Part shown: positions 16,461 to 24,375 of the stretch, piece after piece
How the letters are laid out: each line of letters starts with the position of its first letter
Numbering within the stretch: the stretch's first letter is position 1
Notes under the pieces: model-generated
Told to the model about the DNA's origin: nothing
Databases searched by the model: none
What the model saw: only the letters and a program-made list of their open reading frames with translations
NCBI GenBank assembly: GCA_036496335.1
Contig: DASXLH010000269.1
Span: 1 to 32,865, forward strand
Source of the DNA: Acidimicrobiales bacterium
GTDB lineage: Bacteria > Actinomycetota > Acidimicrobiia > Acidimicrobiales > CADCSY01
Reading direction: 5' to 3'
Length of the DNA: 32,865 nt
Program-made: the position numbers and the translations under genes

Positions 16461-17867
16461 TCAATGAGCATGGAAGGGAAGGCCGGCGGCGGCCAGCGCC
16501 GTCTCGCGGGTGGCCTCGGAGAGCGACGGATGGGCGTGCACGACATCGGCCACCTCCTCGGCGAGCGCGCCCCAGGCGGTGGCCAGGCCGAGCTCGCCGA
16601 TCAGCTCGGTGGCCGAGGGCCCCACCAGGTGGGCGCCGACGATGGTGCCGTCGTTGAGGGTCACCAGCTTGACGTGACCGCCCGCTCTCTCGATGAGGGC
16701 CCGGGCGTTGCCCGCCAGGGTCAGCTTGGTGGTGCGCACCTCGTTGCCCAGCGCCCGCGCCTCCGGCTCGGTGAGCCCCACGGAGGCGACCTCGGGCGTG
16801 CAGTAGGTGACGCGGGGGATCTGGCGGTGGTCGACGGGTCGGGGTGACAGGCCGGCGACGGCGTCGGCCACGGCGAAGCCCTCGGCGAAGGCGGCATGGG
16901 CCAGGGCCAGGGTCGGGAGGACGTCGCCCACGGCCCACAGCCCGTCGACGGCCGTACGGCCGAGCCCATCGACGAGAACCCGGCCGCGGTCGTCGAGGAC
17001 GCCGAGCGCCTCGAGACCGATGCCGGCGGTCCGGGGGCGGCGGCCCACCGCCACGAGGACCTGGTCGACGTCGAGGGACGTCCCGTCGACGAGCTCGACC
17101 CGCACACCGTCGTCGTCGGCCTTGGCCCCGGCGAGACCGACGCCGGTGCGCACGTCGATGCCCCGGGCTCGGAAGGCTCGGGCCAGCGCCGCCGACGAGT
17201 CGGGATCCTCCAGGGGCAGGAGCCGGTCCAGCGCCTCGACCAGGGTCACCTCGGCGCCGAGCGAGCGCCACAGCGACGCGAACTCCACCCCGACCGCGCC
17301 GCCACCCACGACCACCGCCCGTCTCGGCACCCGCTCCAGTCGCAGCGCGTCGTCGGAGGTGAGGATGCGGGTCCCATCGGCCGGGGCGATGGACAGGTCG
17401 ATCGGGGCCGAGCCGGTCGCCACCACGACGTGGCGGGCCTGGATGGTGGTGGGAGCGCCGCCGGTCGTGGGCTCCCCGGGCTCCCCGGTCGGCGTGACCT
17501 CGACCGTGCCGGGGGCCGACAGCCGGCCCCATCCCTGCACCGTCGTGATCCCGCGCGTCCTCACCAGGCCGACGAGGCCCTTGTAGAGGGTGTTCACGAC
17601 GTCGTCCCGGAAGCGACCGGCGGCGGCGACGTCGAGCCCGGGACCACCCGTGGCGAGTCCGAGCTGGCCCATCTGGGGGAGCGTGTCGGCCAGGTGGGCG
17701 ATGTGCAGCAAGGCCTTCGAGGGGATGCAGCCGCGATGCAGGCAGGTGCCGCCGACGAGGTCGGCCTCGACCATCGTCACCGTCAGGCCCCGGGCGGCGC
17801 CCCGCAGGGCGGTGGCGTACCCGCCCGGTCCGCCGCCGAGCACGACGATGTCGACCGGGTCGGTCAT
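16461..17867 (-). CDS. lpd: Dihydrolipoyl dehydrogenase (E3)
   Basis: 468 aa. It has GGGPGGY FAD binding, the redox-active GGTCLHRGCIPSK and the C-terminal HAHPSLSE. Its start overlaps the E2 stop (ATGA at 17864-17867). Confidence 0.92.
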   Translation of the reverse strand: MTDPVDIVVLGGGPGGYATALRGAARGLTVTMVEADLVGGTCLHRGCIPSKALLHIAHLADTLPQMGQLGLATGGPGLDVAAAGRFRDDVVNTLYKGLVGLVRTRGITTVQGWGRLSAPGTVEVTPTGEPGEPTTGGAPTTIQARHVVVATGSAPIDLSIAPADGTRILTSDDALRLERVPRRAVVVGGGAVGVEFASLWRSLGAEVTLVEALDRLLPLEDPDSSAALARAFRARGIDVRTGVGLAGAKADDDGVRVELVDGTSLDVDQVLVAVGRRPRTAGIGLEALGVLDDRGRVLVDGLGRTAVDGLWAVGDVLPTLALAHAAFAEGFAVADAVAGLSPRPVDHRQIPRVTYCTPEVASVGLTEPEARALGNEVRTTKLTLAGNARALIERAGGHVKLVTLNDGTIVGAHLVGPSATELIGELGLATAWGALAEEVADVVHAHPSLSEATRETALAAAGLPFHAH

Positions 17868-19240
17868 GCGTCGAGCAGGGCGAGCTCGGGGGCTTCGACG
17901 AGGTCGCGCAGCCGGCTCAGCAACCCTCCGGCGTCGGCGCCGTCGCCGACGCGATGGTCGAAGGCCAGCGTGAGCGTGGAGGTGGGCCTGGCCACGACCA
18001 CCCCGTCCACCACGTACGGCCGCGGCTTGATCGACCCGACGCCGAGGATGGCCGCCTCGGGATGGTTGATGACGGGGATCCCCTCGTCGAGGCCCAGGGC
18101 GCCGAAGTTGGAGACGGTGATGGTCGAGCCGGTGAGCTCGCCCGGCGTGATCGTGTGGTCGCGGGCGGCCGCCGACAGGCGGGCGATCTCACTCGACAGG
18201 TCGAGCGTCGAACGCCCGTCGGCGTCCCGCACCACGGTGACCAGGAGGCCCCGGTCGGTGGCGGTACCGATGCCGAGGTGGACCGCGCTGTGGTACCGGA
18301 TGGCCGGCCCGGACTCGTCGTAGCTGGCGTTGAGGCCGGGGACGGCGACGAGCGCCTGGACGAACAGCCGGCAGAGCAGCGAGAAGGGGGTGACGGGCGT
18401 GCCCAGGCCCCGACGGTCGGCGGCCGAGTTGAGCGCGGCTCGCACCTCGAGCAGGCGGGTGCAGTCGACGGTGACGCTGCAGGTGGCGTCCGGGATCCGG
18501 GTGCGGGACGTGCTCATGTGCTCGGCCACCCGGGCGCGGACCCCGGTGACGGGCACCACCGTCGTGCCGGCGCTGTCGGTCCCGGCGATCGACGCCACGA
18601 CCCCACCCGGGGCGGGGGTGTCGGCGGCAGCGCGGACGTCGGCCCGGGTCACGATGCCATCGGGTCCGCGGCCCGGGGCCAGGGACTGCAGGTCGACCCC
18701 CAGGTCGCGGGCCAGCTTGCGCACTGGAGGAGCGGCCAGGGCCCGGCCGACACCGGCGGTCGCGCCGGAGGCGACACCTGGGGGTGTGTCGCCCACGGTC
18801 GCGACCGCCGTGACCGGGTCGGTGGCGACGGTGGGGTCGGCGCTCGCGACCGGGGCCTCGGGTGACGGCGCAGACCCCCGCCGCCGGCGGCGGCTGCGGT
18901 CGATCGACTCGTCGTGGCCGTACCCCACCAGGGTCGGCTCGCGGGTGCCCGAGGCCGCCGGTGCCGCGGCTGTGCCTTCCGGTGCATCTGCGGTGCTGAG
19001 AGCGATCCGGGCGAGCAGGGAGCCGACCTTGAGGGTCTCGTTGGCGGCGCCGCCGAGGGCGACCACGGCGCCGGCGTAGGGGGAGGGCACCTCGACCTCG
19101 GCCTTGGCCGTCTCCACCGTGCAGAGCACCTGGTTGAGGGCGACGGTGTCGCCGGGCGCGACGTGCCACTCCACCACCGTCGCCTCCTCGAGGCCCTCGC
19201 CCAGGTCGGGCACGAGGAAGTCCCGCAGCTCCTCAGCCAT
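17864..19240 (-). CDS. bkdC: Dihydrolipoamide acyltransferase E2 of the branched-chain 2-oxoacid dehydrogenase complex
   Basis: 458 aa. It has the lipoyl domain (LPDLGEGL...VETAKAEVEVPSP), a subunit-binding domain (PPVRKLARDLGVDL) and the catalytic DHRVGDGA. Confidence 0.9.
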   Translation of the reverse strand: MAEELRDFLVPDLGEGLEEATVVEWHVAPGDTVALNQVLCTVETAKAEVEVPSPYAGAVVALGGAANETLKVGSLLARIALSTADAPEGTAAAPAASGTREPTLVGYGHDESIDRSRRRRRGSAPSPEAPVASADPTVATDPVTAVATVGDTPPGVASGATAGVGRALAAPPVRKLARDLGVDLQSLAPGRGPDGIVTRADVRAAADTPAPGGVVASIAGTDSAGTTVVPVTGVRARVAEHMSTSRTRIPDATCSVTVDCTRLLEVRAALNSAADRRGLGTPVTPFSLLCRLFVQALVAVPGLNASYDESGPAIRYHSAVHLGIGTATDRGLLVTVVRDADGRSTLDLSSEIARLSAAARDHTITPGELTGSTITVSNFGALGLDEGIPVINHPEAAILGVGSIKPRPYVVDGVVVARPTSTLTLAFDHRVGDGADAGGLLSRLRDLVEAPELALLDA

Positions 19241-19379
19241 GACCCCGGCCTTCAGCCATGTTCCCGGCCTTCAGCCATGTTCCCGGCCTTCAGCCATGTT
19301 CCCGGCCTTCAGCCATGTTCCCGGCTTTCTCAGCTCTGCTCCCGGCTTCCTCAGCTCTGCTCCCGGCTTTCTCAGCCAT
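19241..19379 (-). repeat. Tandem repeat array (4 x 19 bp + 3 x 21 bp) filling the E1beta-E2 junction
   Basis: The minus strand reads 3 x 21 bp, ATGGCTGAGAAAGCCGGGAGC / AGAGCTGAGGAAGCCGGGAGC / AGAGCTGAGAAAGCCGGGAAC. These are followed by 3 x ATGGCTGAAGGCCGGGAAC and 1 x ATGGCTGAAGGCCGGGGTC, directly abutting the E2 start ATGGCTGAGGAG. The first unit contains the E1beta stop (19372-19374). Confidence 0.95.
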
Positions 19380-20385
19380 GGTCGTAGCCCAGCGACCGCT
19401 CGACGGTGTCGAGGAGCCGGTCGACGCCCGGCAGCCAGGTCGACTCGAGCCGAGCCGGGGGATAGGGCGTGTCGAAACCGGTGGCCCGCAGCACCGGGGC
19501 CTCGAGATTGAAGAACAGCTCCTCCTGCACCCGGGCCGCGATCTCCGCCCCCATGCCGAGGGTGCGAGGCCCTTCGTGGAAGACGATGCAGCGGCCGGTG
19601 CGCACGACCGACTCGGCGATGGTCTCGAAGTCGAGGGGCACGAGGCTGCGGAGGTCGATGATCTCGAGGGACCAGCCCTCGTCGGCGGCGGCCACCTCGG
19701 CGGCCTCGAGGGCCGTCCCGACCAGCCCCCCGTAGGTCACCACGGTGGCGGTCTCGCCCGCCCGGCGGACGACGGCCTTGCCGATGGGCTCGCGTCGGGC
19801 TCCCCGGTCGACCATCTCCTTGGCCCAGTAGCGGCGCTTCGGTTCGAGGAAGAGCACCGGATCGTCCGACTCGATCGAGTCGAGCAGCAGGGAGTAGGCG
19901 TCGGCGGCGCCGGACGGCACGACCACCTTGAGCCCGGCGGTGTGGACCCAGTAGGACTCGGTCGACTCGGAGTGGTGCTCAGGCGAGCCGATCCCGCCGA
20001 AGGAGGGCACCCGGACGGTAACCGGCATGGAAAGCAGCCCCCGACTGCGGCTCCGGTACTTGGCCAGGTGGGTGGCGATCTGGTCGAACGCCGGGTAGGT
20101 GAAGCCGTCGAACTGGATCTCGGGCACCGGCCGGAACCCCCGCAACGCCATGCCCACGGCCGAGCCGATGATCGACGACTCGGCCAGCGGGGTGTCGAAG
20201 CAGCGCTGGGGCCCGAAGCGGTCCCACAGGCCCTCGGTCACGCGGAACACCCCGCCCTGACGGGCGACGTCCTCCCCGAACACCACCACCCGGTCGTCGG
20301 CCTCCATGGCGTCGGCCAGCGCGGCGTTGATGGCCTGCACCATCGTCAGCTCCTGCGCCTCTCCCACGGCGGCGGTGGGTGCCAT
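19372..20385 (-). CDS. bkdB: Branched-chain 2-oxoacid dehydrogenase E1 beta subunit
   Basis: The start is at ATG 20385, 1 nt after the E1alpha TGA; the track ORF extends further upstream over E1alpha. The sequence LTMVQAINAALADAMEADDRVVVFGEDV... is typical E1beta. Confidence 0.9.
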   Translation of the reverse strand: MAPTAAVGEAQELTMVQAINAALADAMEADDRVVVFGEDVARQGGVFRVTEGLWDRFGPQRCFDTPLAESSIIGSAVGMALRGFRPVPEIQFDGFTYPAFDQIATHLAKYRSRSRGLLSMPVTVRVPSFGGIGSPEHHSESTESYWVHTAGLKVVVPSGAADAYSLLLDSIESDDPVLFLEPKRRYWAKEMVDRGARREPIGKAVVRRAGETATVVTYGGLVGTALEAAEVAAADEGWSLEIIDLRSLVPLDFETIAESVVRTGRCIVFHEGPRTLGMGAEIAARVQEELFFNLEAPVLRATGFDTPYPPARLESTWLPGVDRLLDTVERSLGYDHG

Positions 20386-20386
20386 G

Positions 20387-21466
20387 TCAGCCGGCCCGGT
20401 CGATCTCGGCTGCCAGCTCGGCCCGCTGGGCCCGGAGCTCGGCGGTGGGCTCGGTGAACACGTGGTCGAACAGCTCGAGCGGCGACGGGTCGGGGGCATC
20501 GAACACAGCCGCCCGCAGACCGGTCCGCAGGACCGCGGCCTTGGCCCGGGCCTCGTCCTCGAGCGAGTCGTCCCAGGTCCCGAGATGGCCGAGGTAGGCC
20601 CGGCACCGGGCGATCGGGTCACGGGCGAGCCACACGTCGACCTCGGCCTGGGTCCGGTAGCGGGTGGGGTCGTCGGAGGTGGTGTGCGGTCCGAGCCGGT
20701 AGGTGACGGCCTCGATCAGGGTGGGACCCTCGCCGGCCCGGGCCCGGGCGGCGGCCTGCTCCACCACCGCCATGCAGGCGAGGATGTCGTTGCCGTCCAC
20801 CCGGACGCCCGGCATCCCGTAGCCCACGCCCTTGTGGGCGATCGACGGGGCGGCCATCTGGTCGGCCAGCGGGGTCGAGATGGCCCACTGGTTGTTCTGC
20901 ACGTAGAAGAGGCAGGGCGCCTTGCGGACGGCCGCCAGGTTGAGGGCCTCGTGCACGTCACCCTCGCTGGTGGCGCCGTCGCCGACGAAGGCGACGGTCA
21001 CGCCGCCGTCACCGAGCCAGGTCGATGCCATGGCGGCGCCAACGGCGTGCAGCGCCTGGGTCCCGATCGGGATCGACATGGGGGCGACGGCCCGTTCGAT
21101 GAGCCCGAGACCGCCGTGCCAGGCACCCCGCCACATCAGCCCGATGCCACCGGGGTCGATCCCGCGGTGCAGGAAGGCGCCGAGCTCCCGGTACTGGGGG
21201 AACAGCCAGTCGGTGTCGCGCAGCGCCGCCGCGCAGCCGACCTGGGCGGCTTCCTGCCCCCGGCACGACGGGAAGAGGGCGAGCTGGCCCTGGCGTTGGA
21301 GGTTGACGAACTCCTCGTCGAGCTCCCGCGTGACGACCATGGTCTCGTACAGGGCCGGCAACTGATCGACCAGATGGGCGACCTCGTGGGCGCGGTCCGG
21401 ATGGGGAGTCCCGTCCTCGGCGATGAGTTGCACCAGCTCCAGGCCTTCGGCGACGAGCAGGTCCAC
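20387..21466 (-). CDS. bkdA: Branched-chain 2-oxoacid dehydrogenase E1 alpha subunit (TPP-dependent)
   Basis: The TPP motif is VAFVGDGATSEGDVHEALN...NNQWAIS, followed by YRLGPHTTSDDP. I prefer GTG 21466, 9 nt after GGAGG. The 41 codons up to the track start (GTG 21589) are AT-richer with atypical codon usage and look non-coding. The alternative end is 21589. Confidence 0.85.
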   Translation of the reverse strand: MDLLVAEGLELVQLIAEDGTPHPDRAHEVAHLVDQLPALYETMVVTRELDEEFVNLQRQGQLALFPSCRGQEAAQVGCAAALRDTDWLFPQYRELGAFLHRGIDPGGIGLMWRGAWHGGLGLIERAVAPMSIPIGTQALHAVGAAMASTWLGDGGVTVAFVGDGATSEGDVHEALNLAAVRKAPCLFYVQNNQWAISTPLADQMAAPSIAHKGVGYGMPGVRVDGNDILACMAVVEQAAARARAGEGPTLIEAVTYRLGPHTTSDDPTRYRTQAEVDVWLARDPIARCRAYLGHLGTWDDSLEDEARAKAAVLRTGLRAAVFDAPDPSPLELFDHVFTEPTAELRAQRAELAAEIDRAG

Positions 21467-21574
21467 GGGCAACCACCTCCGGGTCGATTCCTGCCCCGAT
21501 TGTGAAGGAACAACGGTGATCTCGCCAGCACTCTGAAGATGATTCTGTGATCCCGACGCATGCCGCTGATCATG

Positions 21575-21590
21575 TGTGTCTGACGTCACG
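21575..21590. promoter_or_regulatory. Candidate CRP/GlxR-like site TGTGT-N6-TCACG containing the palindrome TGACGTCA, in the bkd/lrp divergent region
   Basis: It matches 8 of 10 positions of the TGTGA-N6-TCACA consensus. The perfect 8-bp palindrome TGACGTCA lies at 21581-21588. The site sits in the only clearly AT-richer stretch of the window. This rests on sequence resemblance only. Confidence 0.25.
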
Positions 21591-21648
21591 CTGAGGGCAA
21601 CTGCCGAAGATGCCGCGGTCCTTCCCGGCGTCGTCCTAGCCTCCGCCG

Positions 21649-22131
21649 ATGGCCGAGGCCCGTCTCACGTCCGTCGACCGGGTGCTGGTGCGACTGCTGC
21701 AGGAGAACGCCCGCCGGACCAACAAGGAGCTCGCCCAGGAGGCCGGGGTGGCCGAGTCGACCTGCCTGGAGCGGATCCGGTCGCTCCAGGCCCGCGGGAT
21801 CATCCGGGGTTGGCACGCTGAGGTCGACATGGCCACGCTCGGCCGACCCATTCGGGCGCTCATCAGCGTCCGTCTCCAGCCCAAGACCACCAGCTCGGTC
21901 ATCGCCTTCCGAGACGACGTCCTGGCCGCCCCCGAGACCGTCGCCATCGACACCGTCACCGGGGCCGACGATTTCCTCGTCGAGGTGGCCGTGCCGTCCG
22001 TCGACCGGCTGCGGACCTTCGTCCTCGAGCACGTCACCAGCCGGTCCGACGTGGCCGACACCCGCACGTCACTCGTCTACGAGCATCACCGCAAGCACGT
22101 GCTCGAGTTCCTCGACCCGGACGCTCCCTGA
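21649..22131 (+). CDS. Lrp/AsnC family transcriptional regulator (BkdR-like by position)
   Basis: 160 aa. It has an N-terminal HTH (DRVLVRLLQENARRTNKELAQEAGVAESTCLERIRSL) and a C-terminal RAM/AsnC domain. It is divergent from the bkd operon. Confidence 0.88.
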   Translation: MAEARLTSVDRVLVRLLQENARRTNKELAQEAGVAESTCLERIRSLQARGIIRGWHAEVDMATLGRPIRALISVRLQPKTTSSVIAFRDDVLAAPETVAIDTVTGADDFLVEVAVPSVDRLRTFVLEHVTSRSDVADTRTSLVYEHHRKHVLEFLDPDAP

Positions 22132-22147
22132 TTCCCGGGACTGGCCG

Positions 22148-23068
22148 TCAGCCGCCGAGGCTGAGGCCGGGCGCGCGGGTGCGGAAGAGCTCCGCCTCCA
22201 TGCGGCGGCCGAGCTTGTCCGCCTCCCAATAGGCGCCGCCGTTGTCGATGGTCCGCGCCTCGGTCCAACCCTCCATGAGGAAGATCTGGGTGCGCATGGC
22301 CCGGATGCACTGGCCGCTCACGTGGCCGGCCTCGTCGCTGGCCAGCCAGGCCACCACCGGTGAGCTCATGGCTGGGTTGAGCGGGTCGAAGCCGTTCGGG
22401 TCGTACTCGTCGGGCTCCTTCACCTCGGTGGCGCCGCTGACCCCGGCCGAGATGCGGGTGACGGCCCCGGGCCCGATGGCGTTGACGGTGACCCCGATCG
22501 ATGCCAGCTCCAGGCTCAGGGTCTGGGTCATGCCCATGATCGCCGCCTTGGCCGGGGCGTAGTTGCTCTGGCCGAAGTTGCCGAGCAGCCCGGCGCCCGA
22601 GATCGTGTTGATGATCCGCCCGGCGACCTTGCCGCCCTCGCTCTTGGAGCGGTCCCGCCAGTGGCGGGCACCGGCCCGGCTCACCAGCCAGGTGCCCCGC
22701 ACGTGGACCCGCATGACGAGGTCGAAGTCGGCGACCTCCATGTTCCACACCGCCCGGTCGCGGGCGATGCCGGCGTTGTTGACGACGATGTCGAGCTTGC
22801 CCCACGTGTCGATGGCCTTGGCCACCATGGCGTCGGCCTGGCCCTCGTCGCCGACATCGCCGAAGTCGGCGGTGGCGGTCCCGCCCCGTTCCTCGATGAG
22901 AGCGACGACGCGCTCGGCGTCACGCCCGCTGCCCTCGCCGGTGGAGGTGCTGCCGAGGTCGTTGACCACGACCTTGGCGCCCTGCTTCGCCAGCTCCAGG
23001 GCGTGCCCCCGTCCGATGCCGTGACCGGCGCCGGTGACGAGCGCGACCTTCCCGTCGAGCAGTGCCAT
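22148..23068 (-). CDS. SDR family oxidoreductase, 3-hydroxyacyl-CoA dehydrogenase (MFE-2 N-terminal domain)-like
   Basis: The start is ATG 23068 after GAGGAGGACGAG; the upstream part of the track ORF is not supported. VTGAGHGIGRGHA, NNAGI and YAPAKAA are present. Its 306-aa length includes a C-terminal extension. Confidence 0.8.
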   Translation of the reverse strand: MALLDGKVALVTGAGHGIGRGHALELAKQGAKVVVNDLGSTSTGEGSGRDAERVVALIEERGGTATADFGDVGDEGQADAMVAKAIDTWGKLDIVVNNAGIARDRAVWNMEVADFDLVMRVHVRGTWLVSRAGARHWRDRSKSEGGKVAGRIINTISGAGLLGNFGQSNYAPAKAAIMGMTQTLSLELASIGVTVNAIGPGAVTRISAGVSGATEVKEPDEYDPNGFDPLNPAMSSPVVAWLASDEAGHVSGQCIRAMRTQIFLMEGWTEARTIDNGGAYWEADKLGRRMEAELFRTRAPGLSLGG

Positions 23069-23100
23069 CTCGTCCTCCTCGTTCCTGCGTGCCTGGTCGG

Positions 23101-23517
23101 TCAGGCCAGCCGGAATACCGGGGCCGTGATCTCGTCGTTGAGCGCCTCGAAGTCGACCATCAGGGCCATGCCCACGGTGAGCTGGTCGGGCTCGGTGCCC
23201 ACGATGTTGGTCATCACCCGCGGACCCTCCTCCAGGTCGACGGCCGCCGCGACGTAGGGGAGCTTGTCGCCGAAGGGCGGTAGGTCGTTCACGAAGATCG
23301 TGGACCAGGTGTACAGCGTGGCCCGCCCACTGGCCTCCTCCCACGACACGTCGTCGCTCCAGCAGGTGGGGCAGAAGGGCCGGGGGTAGTGGTGGGCGTC
23401 ACCACAGCTGTTGCAACGTTGGATGAGGAACTTTCCCTCCTTGGCGGCGTCCCAGAAGGGCTTCGACTCGGCCTCGATGGTGGGCAGGTCGAAGCGGGGT
23501 GCCGGTGCGTCTGCCAT
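23101..23517 (-). CDS. Zn-ribbon / OB-fold protein (DUF35 family)
   Basis: The start is ATG 23517, 1 nt after the upstream gene's stop. The rubredoxin-like pair CNSC...CPTC is followed by an OB-fold segment. The 256-aa track ORF is an out-of-context extension. Confidence 0.75.
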   Translation of the reverse strand: MADAPAPRFDLPTIEAESKPFWDAAKEGKFLIQRCNSCGDAHHYPRPFCPTCWSDDVSWEEASGRATLYTWSTIFVNDLPPFGDKLPYVAAAVDLEEGPRVMTNIVGTEPDQLTVGMALMVDFEALNDEITAPVFRLA

Positions 23518-23518
23518 G

Positions 23519-24328
23519 TCAGTGTCCTTTGAACTCGGCGGGGCGGCGCTCCATGAACGCGGCCACGCCTTCCTTGGCGTCGTGGCTGTGCGACTGCAGC
23601 TCCTGGTAGGCGGCTTCTTCGAGGAACGAGTCGGCCCGGTCGGCGTCGAAGGAGCGGTTGAACAGGCGCTTGGTGAGCGCCAGCGCGCTGGTGGGGGAGG
23701 CCGCCAGACGGGCCAGCAGCTCGCCGGCCACCGCGTCGAGCTCGTCGGCCGGTGCGACCCGGTTGACCAGGCCCATCGCCTTGGCCTCGGTGGCCGGCAG
23801 CTTGTCGGCCAGGAAGGCCAGCTCCTTGGCCCGCTGCATGCCCACCAGGCGGGGCAGCAGGTAGGCACCACCGGCGTCGACCACCAGCCCCCGCAGCAGG
23901 AAGGGCTCCAGGAAGGCGGCGTTGTCGGCGGCGACCACCATGTCGCAGGCGTAGGCGATGTGGGCGCCGAGCCCGGCAGCCGTTCCCTGCACCACCGCCA
24001 CCACGGGCTTGGGACAGTCGAGGATGGCGCCGATCAGCCGCTGGGCGCCCTGCATGATTCGGCGCATCCCGTCGCCCACCAGCGGCTCGGCCCGGCCTCC
24101 GCTCTGGATGGAGCCGACGTCGGCGCCGGAGCAGAAGTGCCGCCCGTTCGACCGGATGGCGACGGCTCGGATCTCGGGATCGGGATCGGCGTCGGCCAGC
24201 AGCTCGATGATGGCGTCGCGCATCTCGGGCTGGACGGCGTTGGCGGTGTCGGGCCGGTTCAGGGTGATGGTGGCGACGCCGTCCTCGACCTGGTGGAGGA
24301 TCGTCGTGCCGAGCACGTCGGGTTGCAC
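23519..24328 (-). CDS. Enoyl-CoA hydratase/isomerase (crotonase) family protein
   Basis: 269 aa with a GTG start. The crotonase pattern is ITLNRPDTANA, FCSGADV, PVVAVVQGTAAGLG and a C-terminal EGVAAFMERRPAEF. Confidence 0.85.
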   Translation of the reverse strand: MQPDVLGTTILHQVEDGVATITLNRPDTANAVQPEMRDAIIELLADADPDPEIRAVAIRSNGRHFCSGADVGSIQSGGRAEPLVGDGMRRIMQGAQRLIGAILDCPKPVVAVVQGTAAGLGAHIAYACDMVVAADNAAFLEPFLLRGLVVDAGGAYLLPRLVGMQRAKELAFLADKLPATEAKAMGLVNRVAPADELDAVAGELLARLAASPTSALALTKRLFNRSFDADRADSFLEEAAYQELQSHSHDAKEGVAAFMERRPAEFKGH

Positions 24329-24375
24329 GGCGTCGTTCTAGTCGGTGCGGTGTCGATGGTGAGCGGTCGGGCCCA

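Noticed and set aside
19104-19511. + strand ORFs translating the tandem repeat as a peptide repeat (MFPAFSHVPGLQPCSRPSA...)
   Set aside because: The 19-bp unit is not a multiple of 3, so the apparent peptide repeat only reflects cycling through frames. The region is intergenic within a minus-strand operon.
21467-21589. Longer E1alpha N-terminus (MTSDTHDQRHASGSQNHLQSAGEITVVPSQSGQESTRRWLP)
   Set aside because: The codon usage is atypical (many A/T-ending codons) and the region is AT-richer. A strong GGAGG sits 9 nt before GTG 21466, and the longer start would leave almost no room for the divergent promoters. It is kept as an alternative only.
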